29,583 bases of DNA from a virus (taxonomy: Duplodnaviria > Caudoviricetes), in the IMG/VR virus record IMGVR_UViG_3300017716_002909, positions 1 through 29,583 of that record, one strand, 5' to 3'. The notes below the pieces were generated by a model that did no database searches, was not told the origin of the DNA, and saw only the letters and a program-made list of their open reading frames with translations. Positions 1 to 9,232 of the stretch are shown in pieces (the stretch's first letter is position 1; every line of letters begins with the position of its first letter). The translations under genes were made by a program, and so were the position numbers.

Positions 1-225
1 AAAGAGCTTTTTTGCCATTATAGATTAAAGCTAAATGACGGTGCATTGTTTCCTTTAGGAAGCGTTAAAAATTGTGCTTATTCAACAATTGAAAACTTAA
101 ATTCTAAGACTTATGTGGCAGTTGCTGGAACTCCTTTAAGGGTTGGAGTTATTGAGTTATTTAACAGCGAAGATTCAATTTATTCACAGATTATAGGAAA
201 CTATATTTTATCAAAATTAACATGA
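1..225 (+). CDS. 3' end of a probable tail/structural protein (partial)
   Basis: Frame 1 is open from base 1 (KELFCHYRLKLNDG...) to TGA at 223-225, which overlaps the ATG of the next gene (ATGA coupling). Confidence 0.65.
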   Translation, partial: KELFCHYRLKLNDGALFPLGSVKNCAYSTIENLNSKTYVAVAGTPLRVGVIELFNSEDSIYSQIIGNYILSKLT

Positions 226-1136
226 AAACTTTTTGTTATACAGAATCAGCAGTTGTCGAAAATTGGACACCTGAATATCCTTCAGGCGCTTCAGGCTTTT
301 CACTTTTAAATAATTTTGCATGGCTTTCAATTAATTCAGGAACAGGAGAAGTTGAAATTGATTTAGATAATTTGGCTATTGGGGTTTATGTGATTTTAGT
401 TCGCTATTCAATAAGCGAAGGCGGAACAGCTCAAAGTGAATACAAGTTTGCTGTTATAGATTGCAGCCAGCAGTTTCAACAGAATACATTTACATTTTGT
501 CAAGATTCAGGAAGCTATTCTTTCCAATTGTTGCAGCCCAACGGTGAAGTTTATTCAGACTATTCTTTGGCAGTTGCAAAAACAGGAGTTAGCGTTTCTG
601 CTTTGGGAGTTTTGACTATTAATAGCGGTTCTATTTCAAAGCTAACAAGTAGCGTTTTTATTAATTTTAATAGTGGCTCTAGCTTTGAAGTTTTTTTTAA
701 TTCAATCCCATGTGCAAGTATTTCAACTGCTTCATTTACTGACTGTGTAAAAGATTCAACTTGCATAGTTTGGGTTAATCAGGAAGGTGGAAGGCAAAGC
801 TATTACTTCAACCAAGTTAAAGAATTTAGAATCACGCAAACAGGAAGCAAGCAGTGGGTTAATTCTTCAAAGGAAAAAAGAAACTATACGAAAGGAATAG
901 TTGAAGATGCAGTAATAGTAAATCAAGAATTTCTTCCTGAAGAACATTTAACAGCAATGGCAAGTTTAAAAAATTCAATCCAAGCGTGGGTTACTAATGA
1001 CATTTCAAATAAAGAAAAATACAGGTCAATATATTTGGAAGAAGATAGCTGGACTGTTAAAAAATCGAACAGCAGGTTCTTTTCTGTTAGCTTTATTTTC
1101 AAATATTCAATCGCTCGATTAATTCAAAAGCAATGA
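222..1136 (+). CDS. Putative tail protein (distal tail-like C-terminus, beta-rich N-terminus)
   Basis: 304 aa ORF, Ser/Thr/Val-rich, with C-terminal motif 'IVWVNQEGGRQSYYF' resembling Bacteroidota phage tail proteins; coupled to both neighbours. Confidence 0.55.
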   Translation: MKTFCYTESAVVENWTPEYPSGASGFSLLNNFAWLSINSGTGEVEIDLDNLAIGVYVILVRYSISEGGTAQSEYKFAVIDCSQQFQQNTFTFCQDSGSYSFQLLQPNGEVYSDYSLAVAKTGVSVSALGVLTINSGSISKLTSSVFINFNSGSSFEVFFNSIPCASISTASFTDCVKDSTCIVWVNQEGGRQSYYFNQVKEFRITQTGSKQWVNSSKEKRNYTKGIVEDAVIVNQEFLPEEHLTAMASLKNSIQAWVTNDISNKEKYRSIYLEEDSWTVKKSNSRFFSVSFIFKYSIARLIQKQ

Positions 1137-3070
1137 TAAAACTTTATATCAATGACGTTTTAATTGAAGGCTTAGAGGAAGCTATAAGGCTAACAAAGGC
1201 GGTTAATAATTTAGGGGACTTGCCTTCAAGACAGGGAGAGTATTCAAACACTATAAGAGTGCCCAAAACAAAAAACAACTGCATGGCTTTGGGCTTTAGC
1301 GAGCAGCAAACTGTGAAGCCTAACTTTCAGTTCAAAAGCCTGACGTTTGAGCTTTATGAAACAGAAGTTCTTATCAGCTTAGGTTCTGCAAGGCTATTGA
1401 ATGTAATAAGCGAGTTTGAGATTGTGCTTCTTTCAGACAACAGCGATTGGACAGGAAGGATAAGCGATAAAAGCTTGCAAGATTTAGACCTTTCAGCTTT
1501 GGACTTTTCTTTGCTTCCTGCTGAAGTGGCAAGCAGGCGTTTGAATACTTCAGGCGTTTGTTTTCCTAACGTATGGTATGGTGAGTATATTGATGCAGCT
1601 AGACCTTTTGATGTTCCTGATTTTATGCCAGCTGTTTTTATTGACTATCTAGTGAATAAAATGTTTTCGGAAATTGGATATACAATTCAGAATAATCTAC
1701 CAGCAGCACAAAGGGCGCTGTGGGATTCAATGCTGACTATCTATTCAAAAAAAATTTGGTTCGCAGACATGGAAGGCTTTTCTTTTCATGGCAAACTTTA
1801 TGATCAGGTGGGAGTAACCCCAAACAGCCCATTGAATGCAGTTGGTGGCGATTATATAATTAAGCAGGACACAAACATTTCTTCAGTTTCAGGCTTTCCA
1901 ATAACAGGCAAGTCTTGGTTTTCTTCAGGCGTTGGAGTTTCGCACCCTGCTGACCTTTATAAAAATTGGAGAATCAAATTTAGCATTGAATATACGACCC
2001 TTGCTATCGCTGGTGATATTGACGTGGTTGTTGTTATGGCACATGGTTCTTTCATTATAGGCACAGTAAATATTGCAGCAGCTGGAACAGTTTATGACTT
2101 TGATTTCACAACTGCTTTAGTGCCAACAGGCACAACAACTTCTTCAGCTTTTGCAATTGATTTGACAAATGTTTCAGGCACAGGAATAAATATCACCAAC
2201 GGTGAAATATGGCTTTCAAATGAGAAGGCAGGCAAAGCGCCACAGCTTTATTCTACAAGCTTGGAATATTTTACAAACCTATCGGGAGCGCTTCCTGATA
2301 TCAACCAAAGCGAATTAATAAGAACGCTATTCAATCAGTTCTCAATTATTTGCTCAACCGACACGCTTAAAAAAATAGTTACTTTCACGCAGCTTGACAG
2401 CCTTATTGAAAACATAAGCAGCGCACCTGATTGGAGCAGCAAAGTTGACTTAACCGAACCTTGTGAATTGCTGTTTGACTTTTGGGATAATTACTTTCAG
2501 CTGAATCAATTTATTTACAAAGACGACCAAAGTGATGATAGAATAGCATTCACAAATACAGGCGCTGGAAGCATAGCTTATCCAAACTTAAACCTATCAA
2601 ATACAGGGGTTATTTTTGAAAGTGAATTTTCAGCAATTGCTAGGAGCTTTAATTGGAACGGAGCGCTTCAAACAAAAGAGCTGGCTCAATGCGAGTGCAG
2701 GACTTTAGGGGACTTAAATTGGAAGTTGGCGGTTTCAAATATCACAGCTTTAAATTTAGTAACTCAATTTGGGCAGTCAGCGCCTGCACAGTCAAATGAA
2801 ATCTCTTTTAATGGCTTAGACTTCGCTTCATTAATTTTAAGCAACTACAAAGCACTAAAAGCAGTATTCAAAAACTCAAAAGCGCTAAAGGTTTTAATAA
2901 GGTTGTCAAGGGCAGAATATAACACCATTGACTTTTCAGTTCCTGTTTTCCTAGACTTCAAGACTGAAGACAGCGGTCACGTTCGTGGGCACTTTTATAT
3001 CAATTTAATTGACCAATACGAAGTTGGGGAGAATGCCAGCTGTTTCGTAACTTTAATTCAAATCGACTAA
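1133..3070 (+). CDS. Putative tail tip/baseplate hub protein
   Basis: 645 aa; N-terminus 'LYIND...RQGEYSNTIRVPKTKNN' and 'DWSSKVD' recall Bacteroidota phage tail proteins; beta-rich central part; adjacent to the tape measure gene. Confidence 0.6.
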   Translation: MIKLYINDVLIEGLEEAIRLTKAVNNLGDLPSRQGEYSNTIRVPKTKNNCMALGFSEQQTVKPNFQFKSLTFELYETEVLISLGSARLLNVISEFEIVLLSDNSDWTGRISDKSLQDLDLSALDFSLLPAEVASRRLNTSGVCFPNVWYGEYIDAARPFDVPDFMPAVFIDYLVNKMFSEIGYTIQNNLPAAQRALWDSMLTIYSKKIWFADMEGFSFHGKLYDQVGVTPNSPLNAVGGDYIIKQDTNISSVSGFPITGKSWFSSGVGVSHPADLYKNWRIKFSIEYTTLAIAGDIDVVVVMAHGSFIIGTVNIAAAGTVYDFDFTTALVPTGTTTSSAFAIDLTNVSGTGINITNGEIWLSNEKAGKAPQLYSTSLEYFTNLSGALPDINQSELIRTLFNQFSIICSTDTLKKIVTFTQLDSLIENISSAPDWSSKVDLTEPCELLFDFWDNYFQLNQFIYKDDQSDDRIAFTNTGAGSIAYPNLNLSNTGVIFESEFSAIARSFNWNGALQTKELAQCECRTLGDLNWKLAVSNITALNLVTQFGQSAPAQSNEISFNGLDFASLILSNYKALKAVFKNSKALKVLIRLSRAEYNTIDFSVPVFLDFKTEDSGHVRGHFYINLIDQYEVGENASCFVTLIQID

Positions 3071-3080
3071 TTATTTATAA

Positions 3081-5315
3081 ATGGAAACAAGAGTTGACAC
3101 CGTAATCTTTGCGGTAAAAATTGATAATACAGAAGCAGTTAAGCAATCGGCAGACCTTGCGAAAGAAATTGACGAGCTTATAAGCAAACAGCAGGAAATG
3201 GTAGCGCAGGGTGAAAAGAATTCTGCACAGTTCGTTGAGAATGCTTCAGCACTTCGCATATTGAAGAAGGAACAAACTGACTTGAATAGAAGCATCGACA
3301 ACAGTGCTAAGTCATTTATGCAAGCTTCAGGTTCTATAAACCAAATGAGAGCAAACCTTTCCAATATGACACAAGCTTATAACAAGCTGTCGAAAGAGGA
3401 AAGGGAGAACGCTGCTGTTGGTGGAAAGCTTCAGGCTCAAATGAAATCATTAAGCGATGAATTAAAAAAGAACGAAGGTGCTGTTGGAGATAATAGAAGA
3501 AGCGTTGGTGATTATGAAGGTTCAATCAAAAGAGCAGCAGGTGAAATAAAATTGTTCGGGGTTGATATTGGCGCTATTGGAAACAAGTTCAAGACTGCAA
3601 AAGATGCGTTTGGTGAAGCAGGTGACGGAGTTAAAAAAATGGGTGCAGGAATGCAAGTTGTGGCAACAGGTGCAATGCTTGGGTTAAGTATTTTAATTGG
3701 TGGGATAATTGCATTGCTGACAAAGTTTGAGCCTGTGGTGGAGAAGATTGAGTTTGCGATGAAAGGGCTGGCAGCAGCAGCTGACGTGCTTGTTGGAACT
3801 TTCATTGACATCGGCAAAGCGATAGTGGCTATGGACTTTAAAAACATTAGGTTAGACTTAGGAGAAATGACAGCTGAAATGGCAGCAGCTGCAAAGGAAG
3901 GGTATGCAATTGCTAAAGCATTTGATGCTATTGATGAAGCAACGACTGACGGAATAATTACATCGGCACAATATGAGAAAGCAGTGGCAGGACTTAACGT
4001 GCAGCTTAAAGATAGGACAAGGTCAGACCAAGAACGGTTGGAGATAGCTGCTAAAATTTCCAAGCTAGAAGAAGCAGAAGTTGAGCGAAAGTTTCAAATT
4101 GCAGATGCAACAGTGAAGGCGATAGCAAGAGAAAACGTGGCAGCAATGAAGGCAGGAACTATCAATGAAGAAATGAGAAAAAAGTTCGCTGAAGCCTATG
4201 CTGCTCGAGATATTATTCAAGCAGAATTTGAAGCCAACAGCGAGCGCAGACAAAACAGGGTTAATATGATCGTGGAACAAGCAGCCGAGAAAGAAACTAA
4301 AGCAGCCGAGAAAAGAGTTAAGGCACTTGAAGAACTTGACAAAGCAGCTGCTAAACTTCAAACAACTTATGAGAAACTTTTAGATGAATTTGATAAGCAA
4401 GCTGACGAACAGACTAAAATTTATTTTGATGCTTTAAATAAGCGAAGGGAGAAGGCAAAAGAAGCTACAGATAATTTCTATGCTGCCGAACAAACAGCGC
4501 TTGTTAATTCCTATGCACAGAATTTAATAACAACGGAACAATACAATGCAGCGCTGGAACAGTTGGAGCTTGACAAGTTAGAAAAAGAAAGGGCTAACTT
4601 GATCACAAATTTTGAAGATACAACACAGATTGACTTAGCAATTGCACAGAAAAGACTTGAAATAAAAAAGGCGAACACTGATTCGATAGTTAACTTGGAT
4701 AAAGTTGAAAAGGAATCAAAGCAACAGCTAGTAAATACTGCAATGGGTTTAGTTAATGATTTAGCTTCAAGCCTGCAAGCAGGAAAGGAAGCACAGAAAG
4801 CAATCGCTTTGGCAAACGCTGGTATCAATTTAGGGACTGCAATTGGAAACTTAGTGGCTGCAACTTCAGCTCCAAGTGCCGACAATTTATTGACAGGCGG
4901 TTTAGCAGGTGCTGCAAAGTTTGGAGTGCTAGTTGCACAGGCAATTTCATCAGTTGGTTCAGCAGTTGCCACAATTAGCGCAGCAGCAGGCGGTGGCACT
5001 TTCTATACTTCAAAGCCGACTTTATTAATGGTTGGCGATAACCCTTCAGGAAGGGAAAGAGTAACTGTTGAACCTTTAGGCTCGAGAGGAACGACAGTCT
5101 TTAATAAGAACAGCGGACTTGTTAAAATGGCTGGTGGTGGCACTATGATTTCTGACGGTGGAGCAACATTCGATAAAGTTTCCAGCGCAGGCAATGCGAT
5201 GTTTGACATGCAGCAAATGATTAAGTCAATGCCTGCACCAATTGTCAAAGTTGTGGATATTAATAGAGTTGAAAGAAACAGAGCAAGAATTGTAAAAGTT
5301 TCAGAACTTAACTAA
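3081..5315 (+). CDS. Tail tape measure protein
   Basis: 744 aa, Ala/Lys/Glu-rich coiled coil, 'GSINQMRANLS...DNRRSVGDYE' motif, internal hydrophobic segments, C-terminal 'AGGG...LLMVGDNPSGRERV'. Confidence 0.85.
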   Translation: METRVDTVIFAVKIDNTEAVKQSADLAKEIDELISKQQEMVAQGEKNSAQFVENASALRILKKEQTDLNRSIDNSAKSFMQASGSINQMRANLSNMTQAYNKLSKEERENAAVGGKLQAQMKSLSDELKKNEGAVGDNRRSVGDYEGSIKRAAGEIKLFGVDIGAIGNKFKTAKDAFGEAGDGVKKMGAGMQVVATGAMLGLSILIGGIIALLTKFEPVVEKIEFAMKGLAAAADVLVGTFIDIGKAIVAMDFKNIRLDLGEMTAEMAAAAKEGYAIAKAFDAIDEATTDGIITSAQYEKAVAGLNVQLKDRTRSDQERLEIAAKISKLEEAEVERKFQIADATVKAIARENVAAMKAGTINEEMRKKFAEAYAARDIIQAEFEANSERRQNRVNMIVEQAAEKETKAAEKRVKALEELDKAAAKLQTTYEKLLDEFDKQADEQTKIYFDALNKRREKAKEATDNFYAAEQTALVNSYAQNLITTEQYNAALEQLELDKLEKERANLITNFEDTTQIDLAIAQKRLEIKKANTDSIVNLDKVEKESKQQLVNTAMGLVNDLASSLQAGKEAQKAIALANAGINLGTAIGNLVAATSAPSADNLLTGGLAGAAKFGVLVAQAISSVGSAVATISAAAGGGTFYTSKPTLLMVGDNPSGRERVTVEPLGSRGTTVFNKNSGLVKMAGGGTMISDGGATFDKVSSAGNAMFDMQQMIKSMPAPIVKVVDINRVERNRARIVKVSELN

Positions 5316-5526
5316 CATATTTCTGCATATCTTCATAAAGCTTAACGACTTTTTTGTTTCTTTCTTCTAAAGTTTCAGCGTAGAAAATAAGAGGGTCAAA
5401 GCCTTTTTTTTCTGCCAGCAGTTCACAAAGCAATCTCATAAGAATTTCACCGTTGGCTTGGTTTATGATTGAAGCCGACATGACTTCATCATAAAAATTG
5501 ACTGAAAGAATTGGCTTCTCGCTCAT
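5308..5526 (-). CDS. Hypothetical protein
   Basis: 72 aa ORF; ATGA overlap with the upstream minus-strand gene. Confidence 0.6.
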   Translation of the reverse strand: MSEKPILSVNFYDEVMSASIINQANGEILMRLLCELLAEKKGFDPLIFYAETLEERNKKVVKLYEDMQKYVS

Positions 5527-5789
5527 TGCTTCCTTATTGGCTTTGGTTTATCTAAGTCAATAATTAAAGCAGTAAGTTGAAACACAAAGGCAATTGTTAT
5601 GATAAATAAACCATTTGTGAACTCACCATGAATCAAGGCGTTAGTTCCTGCTGCAAAGGCAACAATTGATGCAACAGCAAAAACTTTACTTTCAGCACCA
5701 TTGCTTGTTAATTCCTTTGATGAAGAATCAGATTGAGCCTTCAAGTTAAGGCTTGCAAATAGCAGTAAAATAATAATTGTCGGTTTCAT
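5523..5789 (-). CDS. Small exported/membrane protein (signal peptide plus two hydrophobic helices)
   Basis: Better start is ATG at 5789 (MKPTIIILLLFASLNLKA-Q), coupled to the upstream stop; two further hydrophobic stretches. Confidence 0.65.
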   Translation of the reverse strand: MKPTIIILLLFASLNLKAQSDSSSKELTSNGAESKVFAVASIVAFAAGTNALIHGEFTNGLFIITIAFVFQLTALIIDLDKPKPIRKQ

Positions 5790-5941
5790 TTTTGGTTGCA
5801 ATAATCAGAAACTAGTTTAATAATAACCTTGTTCATTTGCGTGTCCTTCATTCTGCACTTTTCTTTAAATTTAGTGTGCAGCGTTGTTGGAGCTTCGCAT
5901 TTTATAGTTGAAAACTCTTTGTATTTTTTTTCCTTTGCCAT
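5786..5941 (-). CDS. Ribbon-helix-helix (Arc/CopG-like) DNA-binding protein, 51 aa, absent from the ORF track
   Basis: Manual translation MAKEKKYKEFSTIKCEAPTTLHTKFKEKCRMKDTQMNKVIIKLVSDYCNQK shows the strand-helix-helix pattern; -7 box upstream and ATGA coupling downstream. Confidence 0.7.
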   Translation of the reverse strand: MAKEKKYKEFSTIKCEAPTTLHTKFKEKCRMKDTQMNKVIIKLVSDYCNQK

Positions 5942-5943
5942 AC

Positions 5944-5989
5944 TTAAAGTACTTTTAACAAATGTATTAAAAAAACCTTTATAGATTTG
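5944..5989 (+). promoter_or_regulatory. Putative late promoter: TTAAAGTACTTTT motif plus -7 box TAGATTTG
   Basis: Motif at 5944-5956, -7 box at 5982-5989; same arrangement at 12612-12657. Confidence 0.6.
5959..5966 (-). promoter_or_regulatory. Bacteroidota-type -7 box for the reverse operon
   Basis: CAAATGTA reads TACATTTG on the minus strand (TAnnTTTG), just upstream of ATG 5941. Confidence 0.6.
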
Positions 5990-6006
5990 TTACTGAATTA
6001 TCAACA

Positions 6007-7185
6007 ATGAAAGCACAACTTTTAATTAAAGGACATATTGGTAAACCTGAAATGGATTTTTTTAGTCTGTTTGAGGATGAACCACTTGAAGCTTTTACGG
6101 AGGTTGACATGGCTGTTTTTTTGGCTGCAAATAAGAACGCTACAGAGCTAGAGATAACAATTGAAAGCGGTGGCGGTTTTGTTGAGGAAGGCTTTAATAT
6201 TTATAACATGTTGCTTGATTCAGGCAAGCAGGTTACCACTATCGCAAAGCAAGCCGACAGCATTGCTTCAGTTATTTTTTTAGCTGGAAGCATAAGAAAA
6301 GTATACGCTTCAGCAGAGCCTGTTATTCACTTTCCTTTCATTGAGAATTTATTTGTTGAAAGGGCTACAAGCGAAGAACTAGACCAAATCAATAAGGCAA
6401 TTAAGCAGCTGGAATCACAGATAGTAAATGTCTATGTAAATCGCACAGGTGCAGAGGCTTCTTATTTGGAGGCTATCATGCAAAAAAACGCACCAATAAC
6501 AGCGCAGCAATTTAAAGCGTTAGGCTTTGCCACTGAAATAATTGAAACAAGTGAAAAGGTGATGCACCTTCCAGCGCTTGCTTATATCAAAGCACTTAAT
6601 TTAAACAATAATAAAAATACCATGAAAACTGAAGACGTTAAAAGTTGGTTTGCAAAAATAGAAAACATGATTGCAGCCATTGGAAAGAAAGTTAAAAACT
6701 TAAACGTTCCATTGAAAGACGGAACAATTGCTTTTATATCCACAGAGCAGGAAGAAGCAGCTGTGGGCGATGCTGTATTTAGCGATGAAGCTATGACAGT
6801 GCCAGCAGCAGACGGAAGTTATGAAACTGAATCAGGACAAATAATTGAAGTTGCAGGCGGTGTTATTTTGTCAATATTGCCAGCTGTTATGACTGAAGAT
6901 TTGGAAGCTTTGAAAACTGAAAACGCTAATTTGAAAGCTGAACTAGATGCTTTGAAAAGCTCAACAGCTGAAGCAGAAAATAAGGTTGTAGAACTCACCG
7001 CAACAGTTGAAAACTTTAACAAAGCAAAAGCCAGCAGCGATAAAAAATTCACTGACATCAAAAAAGAACTTGAAGACTTTAAGGCTTTAGTTTTGGATTC
7101 AAGCGATAATCGTCAAGTTGTTGTTTCAAAAGCTGCAGAAGGCTTGGCAGAAAGAAGAAAGTTGAGAAGTTTATTACCTTCATAA
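6007..7185 (+). CDS. ClpP-like prohead protease fused to scaffold
   Basis: 'ITIESGGGFVEEG', 'ADSIASVIFLAG', 'IHFP', 'ALGFATEI' Clp-fold motifs; C-terminal coiled coil; upstream of the capsid gene. Confidence 0.85.
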   Translation: MKAQLLIKGHIGKPEMDFFSLFEDEPLEAFTEVDMAVFLAANKNATELEITIESGGGFVEEGFNIYNMLLDSGKQVTTIAKQADSIASVIFLAGSIRKVYASAEPVIHFPFIENLFVERATSEELDQINKAIKQLESQIVNVYVNRTGAEASYLEAIMQKNAPITAQQFKALGFATEIIETSEKVMHLPALAYIKALNLNNNKNTMKTEDVKSWFAKIENMIAAIGKKVKNLNVPLKDGTIAFISTEQEEAAVGDAVFSDEAMTVPAADGSYETESGQIIEVAGGVILSILPAVMTEDLEALKTENANLKAELDALKSSTAEAENKVVELTATVENFNKAKASSDKKFTDIKKELEDFKALVLDSSDNRQVVVSKAAEGLAERRKLRSLLPS

Positions 7186-7195
7186 ATAACAAAGC

Positions 7196-7387
7196 ATGGC
7201 AAAGTTAAAAGAAGGGGTTGAGCTTCAACCCTATGGTGAAAGAAGTCAAGTGTTTGCTGGAGAAATAGCCAACAGCACAGCGCAGTTTTTTTTAGAATCA
7301 GGCAAAGCTCAACCTGAAGACTTTGAAGTGCTTCCTTCAGAAGAAGCAGCTCCAAAAGTAAAAGCAGCTCCAAAAAGTAAAAAATAA
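7196..7387 (+). CDS. Small head-module protein
   Basis: 63 aa between protease and capsid; C-terminal AAPKVK/AAPKSK 18-nt tandem repeat. Confidence 0.6.
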   Translation: MAKLKEGVELQPYGERSQVFAGEIANSTAQFFLESGKAQPEDFEVLPSEEAAPKVKAAPKSKK

Positions 7388-7401
7388 ATAAATTTATAAT
7401 C

Positions 7402-8574
7402 ATGAAAAAATCAATTTCCTCAATCCTTGTCACATTGCTAAGTGCGGTGATGCTTGGTAATTTGTTCGCTTCTTTCACAGGAGTTGACCCTAATGTTGCC
7501 ACAGGCTTTGCTTTTGCTGGCTCGGTAGTTTTATCGCTTGCCTTTCCTTTATTTGCAGGTGCAGCTTTTAACGTGGTTTATTCTCCTATTCTTTTCACAG
7601 GTGAATTCTATGAAGAAATCTTTAATGAGATTTTATTCATGAACAAAACAATTGAGAAGGGCTTAGTTCGAATCATTGACAACGTAAATACTCAAATGGT
7701 TTTAACTGAATCAAACATCAGCAGAAGCACACAAGCTTATAAGCCAAGCCCAGCGAGTGGCGATGCTTTAGGTCAATTAACTTTTGCAGATAAAATTTTA
7801 TTGCCTTATCAGTTTATGATTTATGATGAATTTACGCCTAACAGTGTTATTTATTCACGCATGGGTAAAAGCAGATCAGCTGATACTTTTTTTCCTAAAG
7901 TTACTGATGAATATCAAAAACAAATTTTAGCAAGATATGGAGCAGCTGAAGCGGAGTTAATGGAGAGTAGGTTTTGGAATGCAGCAACAGCAGCCACTAA
8001 AGTAACAGTTGCAGCTTTAACCGCTGGAACAGGACAGAACGCAGTTGGAGCAGCAGAGCAAACTTATGTTGCAGCAGCACCGACTGACTTTATTGATGGA
8101 ATTTTCACTAAGTTAATTTTATCTTATTCAGTAACTAAGCGTAGAATTAAAGTTGCAGGAACAGCGATTACCGCTTCCAATATTGCAACAGAATACGCTA
8201 AAGTTTACGCTGCTATTTTACCAAAATTATTGCAACCTAACTATGCTGCATCAGTTGGAATGTTTGTTCCACATTCGCACCTTCAGTTAATTAATACTTA
8301 TAACACTAACGCAACTTATAGGGATTTATTCCAAGTTTCAAACGGTGAATATTATTACAATAACGTGAAGATTAACTTTGTTCCTTTAGCTGAAAACTGC
8401 ATCATAGCAGGTAACGGAATGGATTTAGTTTGGGGATGCGATGTGACCACGCCTGATGCAATGGTTAAGATAGACTTCTTATCTGCCAACAGCGAAGATA
8501 TGTTTATCAAAGCGCCATATACTCAACAAGCTGCTTTTGTTCAGGCACAGCAATTTGTTGTTTATTGCGGTTAA
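7402..8574 (+). CDS. Major capsid protein with hydrophobic N-terminal leader
   Basis: 390 aa, follows the protease/scaffold gene and is followed by a strong hairpin; C-terminal beta pattern ('IIAG...LVWGCD...VKID...MFIKA...FVVY') as in Bacteroidota phage capsids. Confidence 0.75.
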   Translation: MKKSISSILVTLLSAVMLGNLFASFTGVDPNVATGFAFAGSVVLSLAFPLFAGAAFNVVYSPILFTGEFYEEIFNEILFMNKTIEKGLVRIIDNVNTQMVLTESNISRSTQAYKPSPASGDALGQLTFADKILLPYQFMIYDEFTPNSVIYSRMGKSRSADTFFPKVTDEYQKQILARYGAAEAELMESRFWNAATAATKVTVAALTAGTGQNAVGAAEQTYVAAAPTDFIDGIFTKLILSYSVTKRRIKVAGTAITASNIATEYAKVYAAILPKLLQPNYAASVGMFVPHSHLQLINTYNTNATYRDLFQVSNGEYYYNNVKINFVPLAENCIIAGNGMDLVWGCDVTTPDAMVKIDFLSANSEDMFIKAPYTQQAAFVQAQQFVVYCG

Positions 8575-8588
8575 GATTTATAAAATAA

Positions 8589-8612
8589 GTGGGGTGCAGG
8601 AATGCATCCCAC
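8589..8612 (+). terminator. Stem-loop after the capsid gene (mRNA stabiliser or partial terminator)
   Basis: GTGGGGTGCA-GGAA-TGCATCCCAC, GNRA loop, no U tract. Confidence 0.55.
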
Positions 8613-8637
8613 ATTAAAAAAATAAGGAGAAAAATTT

Positions 8638-9228
8638 ATGACATATCCAAGTTGCGTAACCCTTGCAAACTTAGCAGCTTCATGCGATGCTATTAAAAAA
8701 GTAGGTGGTGTAAAATCACGTTTCTATATTGGACAAAAGCCTGACATCGCTTCTTTAACTTTTGGAACTAATGGTGAAGTAACAGCAATGACTTTATCAG
8801 CAGGAAAGAAGCTAGGAAAGTATGACGGAATGCAGTTCAAGAACACTGCAAGCTTTGAAACTTTGCCAAATGAAAACAGGAACATGTTTAACCAAACTTT
8901 CGCTGGAGTTTTATTTTACAAAACACAGGCAGAACTTGAAGCAATTGAAAAGCTTTTAATTTCTGACAGATTGTTTGCTATCATTGAAACTGAAGCTGGA
9001 CAAATGAAAGTTTACGGTATTGATAAAAACCCTTTCTATGCTGCCGACTTAGGTGATAGCAGAGGGTTAAATATTTCAGCAGGCGCAGGTGGCGAAGGCA
9101 CTGTGCTTGCAGATTCAACAGGCATTACAGTTACCATGATTGGAGAAATGTATAACCCTGTGAAGCTTTACAAGCCAGCCACAGCGCTTGCTACTGTTAT
9201 AGCTGAATTAGATGCATTAAGCGCTTAA
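8638..9228 (+). CDS. Putative major tail tube protein
   Basis: 196 aa; 'SCDAIKKVGGVKSRFYIG', 'FAIIET..GQMKVYG', 'GEGT...GITVTM' pattern of Bacteroidota tail tubes; position after capsid. Confidence 0.65.
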   Translation: MTYPSCVTLANLAASCDAIKKVGGVKSRFYIGQKPDIASLTFGTNGEVTAMTLSAGKKLGKYDGMQFKNTASFETLPNENRNMFNQTFAGVLFYKTQAELEAIEKLLISDRLFAIIETEAGQMKVYGIDKNPFYAADLGDSRGLNISAGAGGEGTVLADSTGITVTMIGEMYNPVKLYKPATALATVIAELDALSA

Positions 9229-9232
9229 AATT

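Noticed and set aside
4280-4315. AAGCAGCCGAGAAA direct repeat
   Set aside because: Two copies encoding AAEK within the coiled coil; an ordinary coding repeat.
3071-5248. Long minus-strand ORFs opposite the tape measure gene (e.g. 3512-4063, 4511-4999)
   Set aside because: Shadow frames of an Ala-rich gene; no start context or recognisable motifs.
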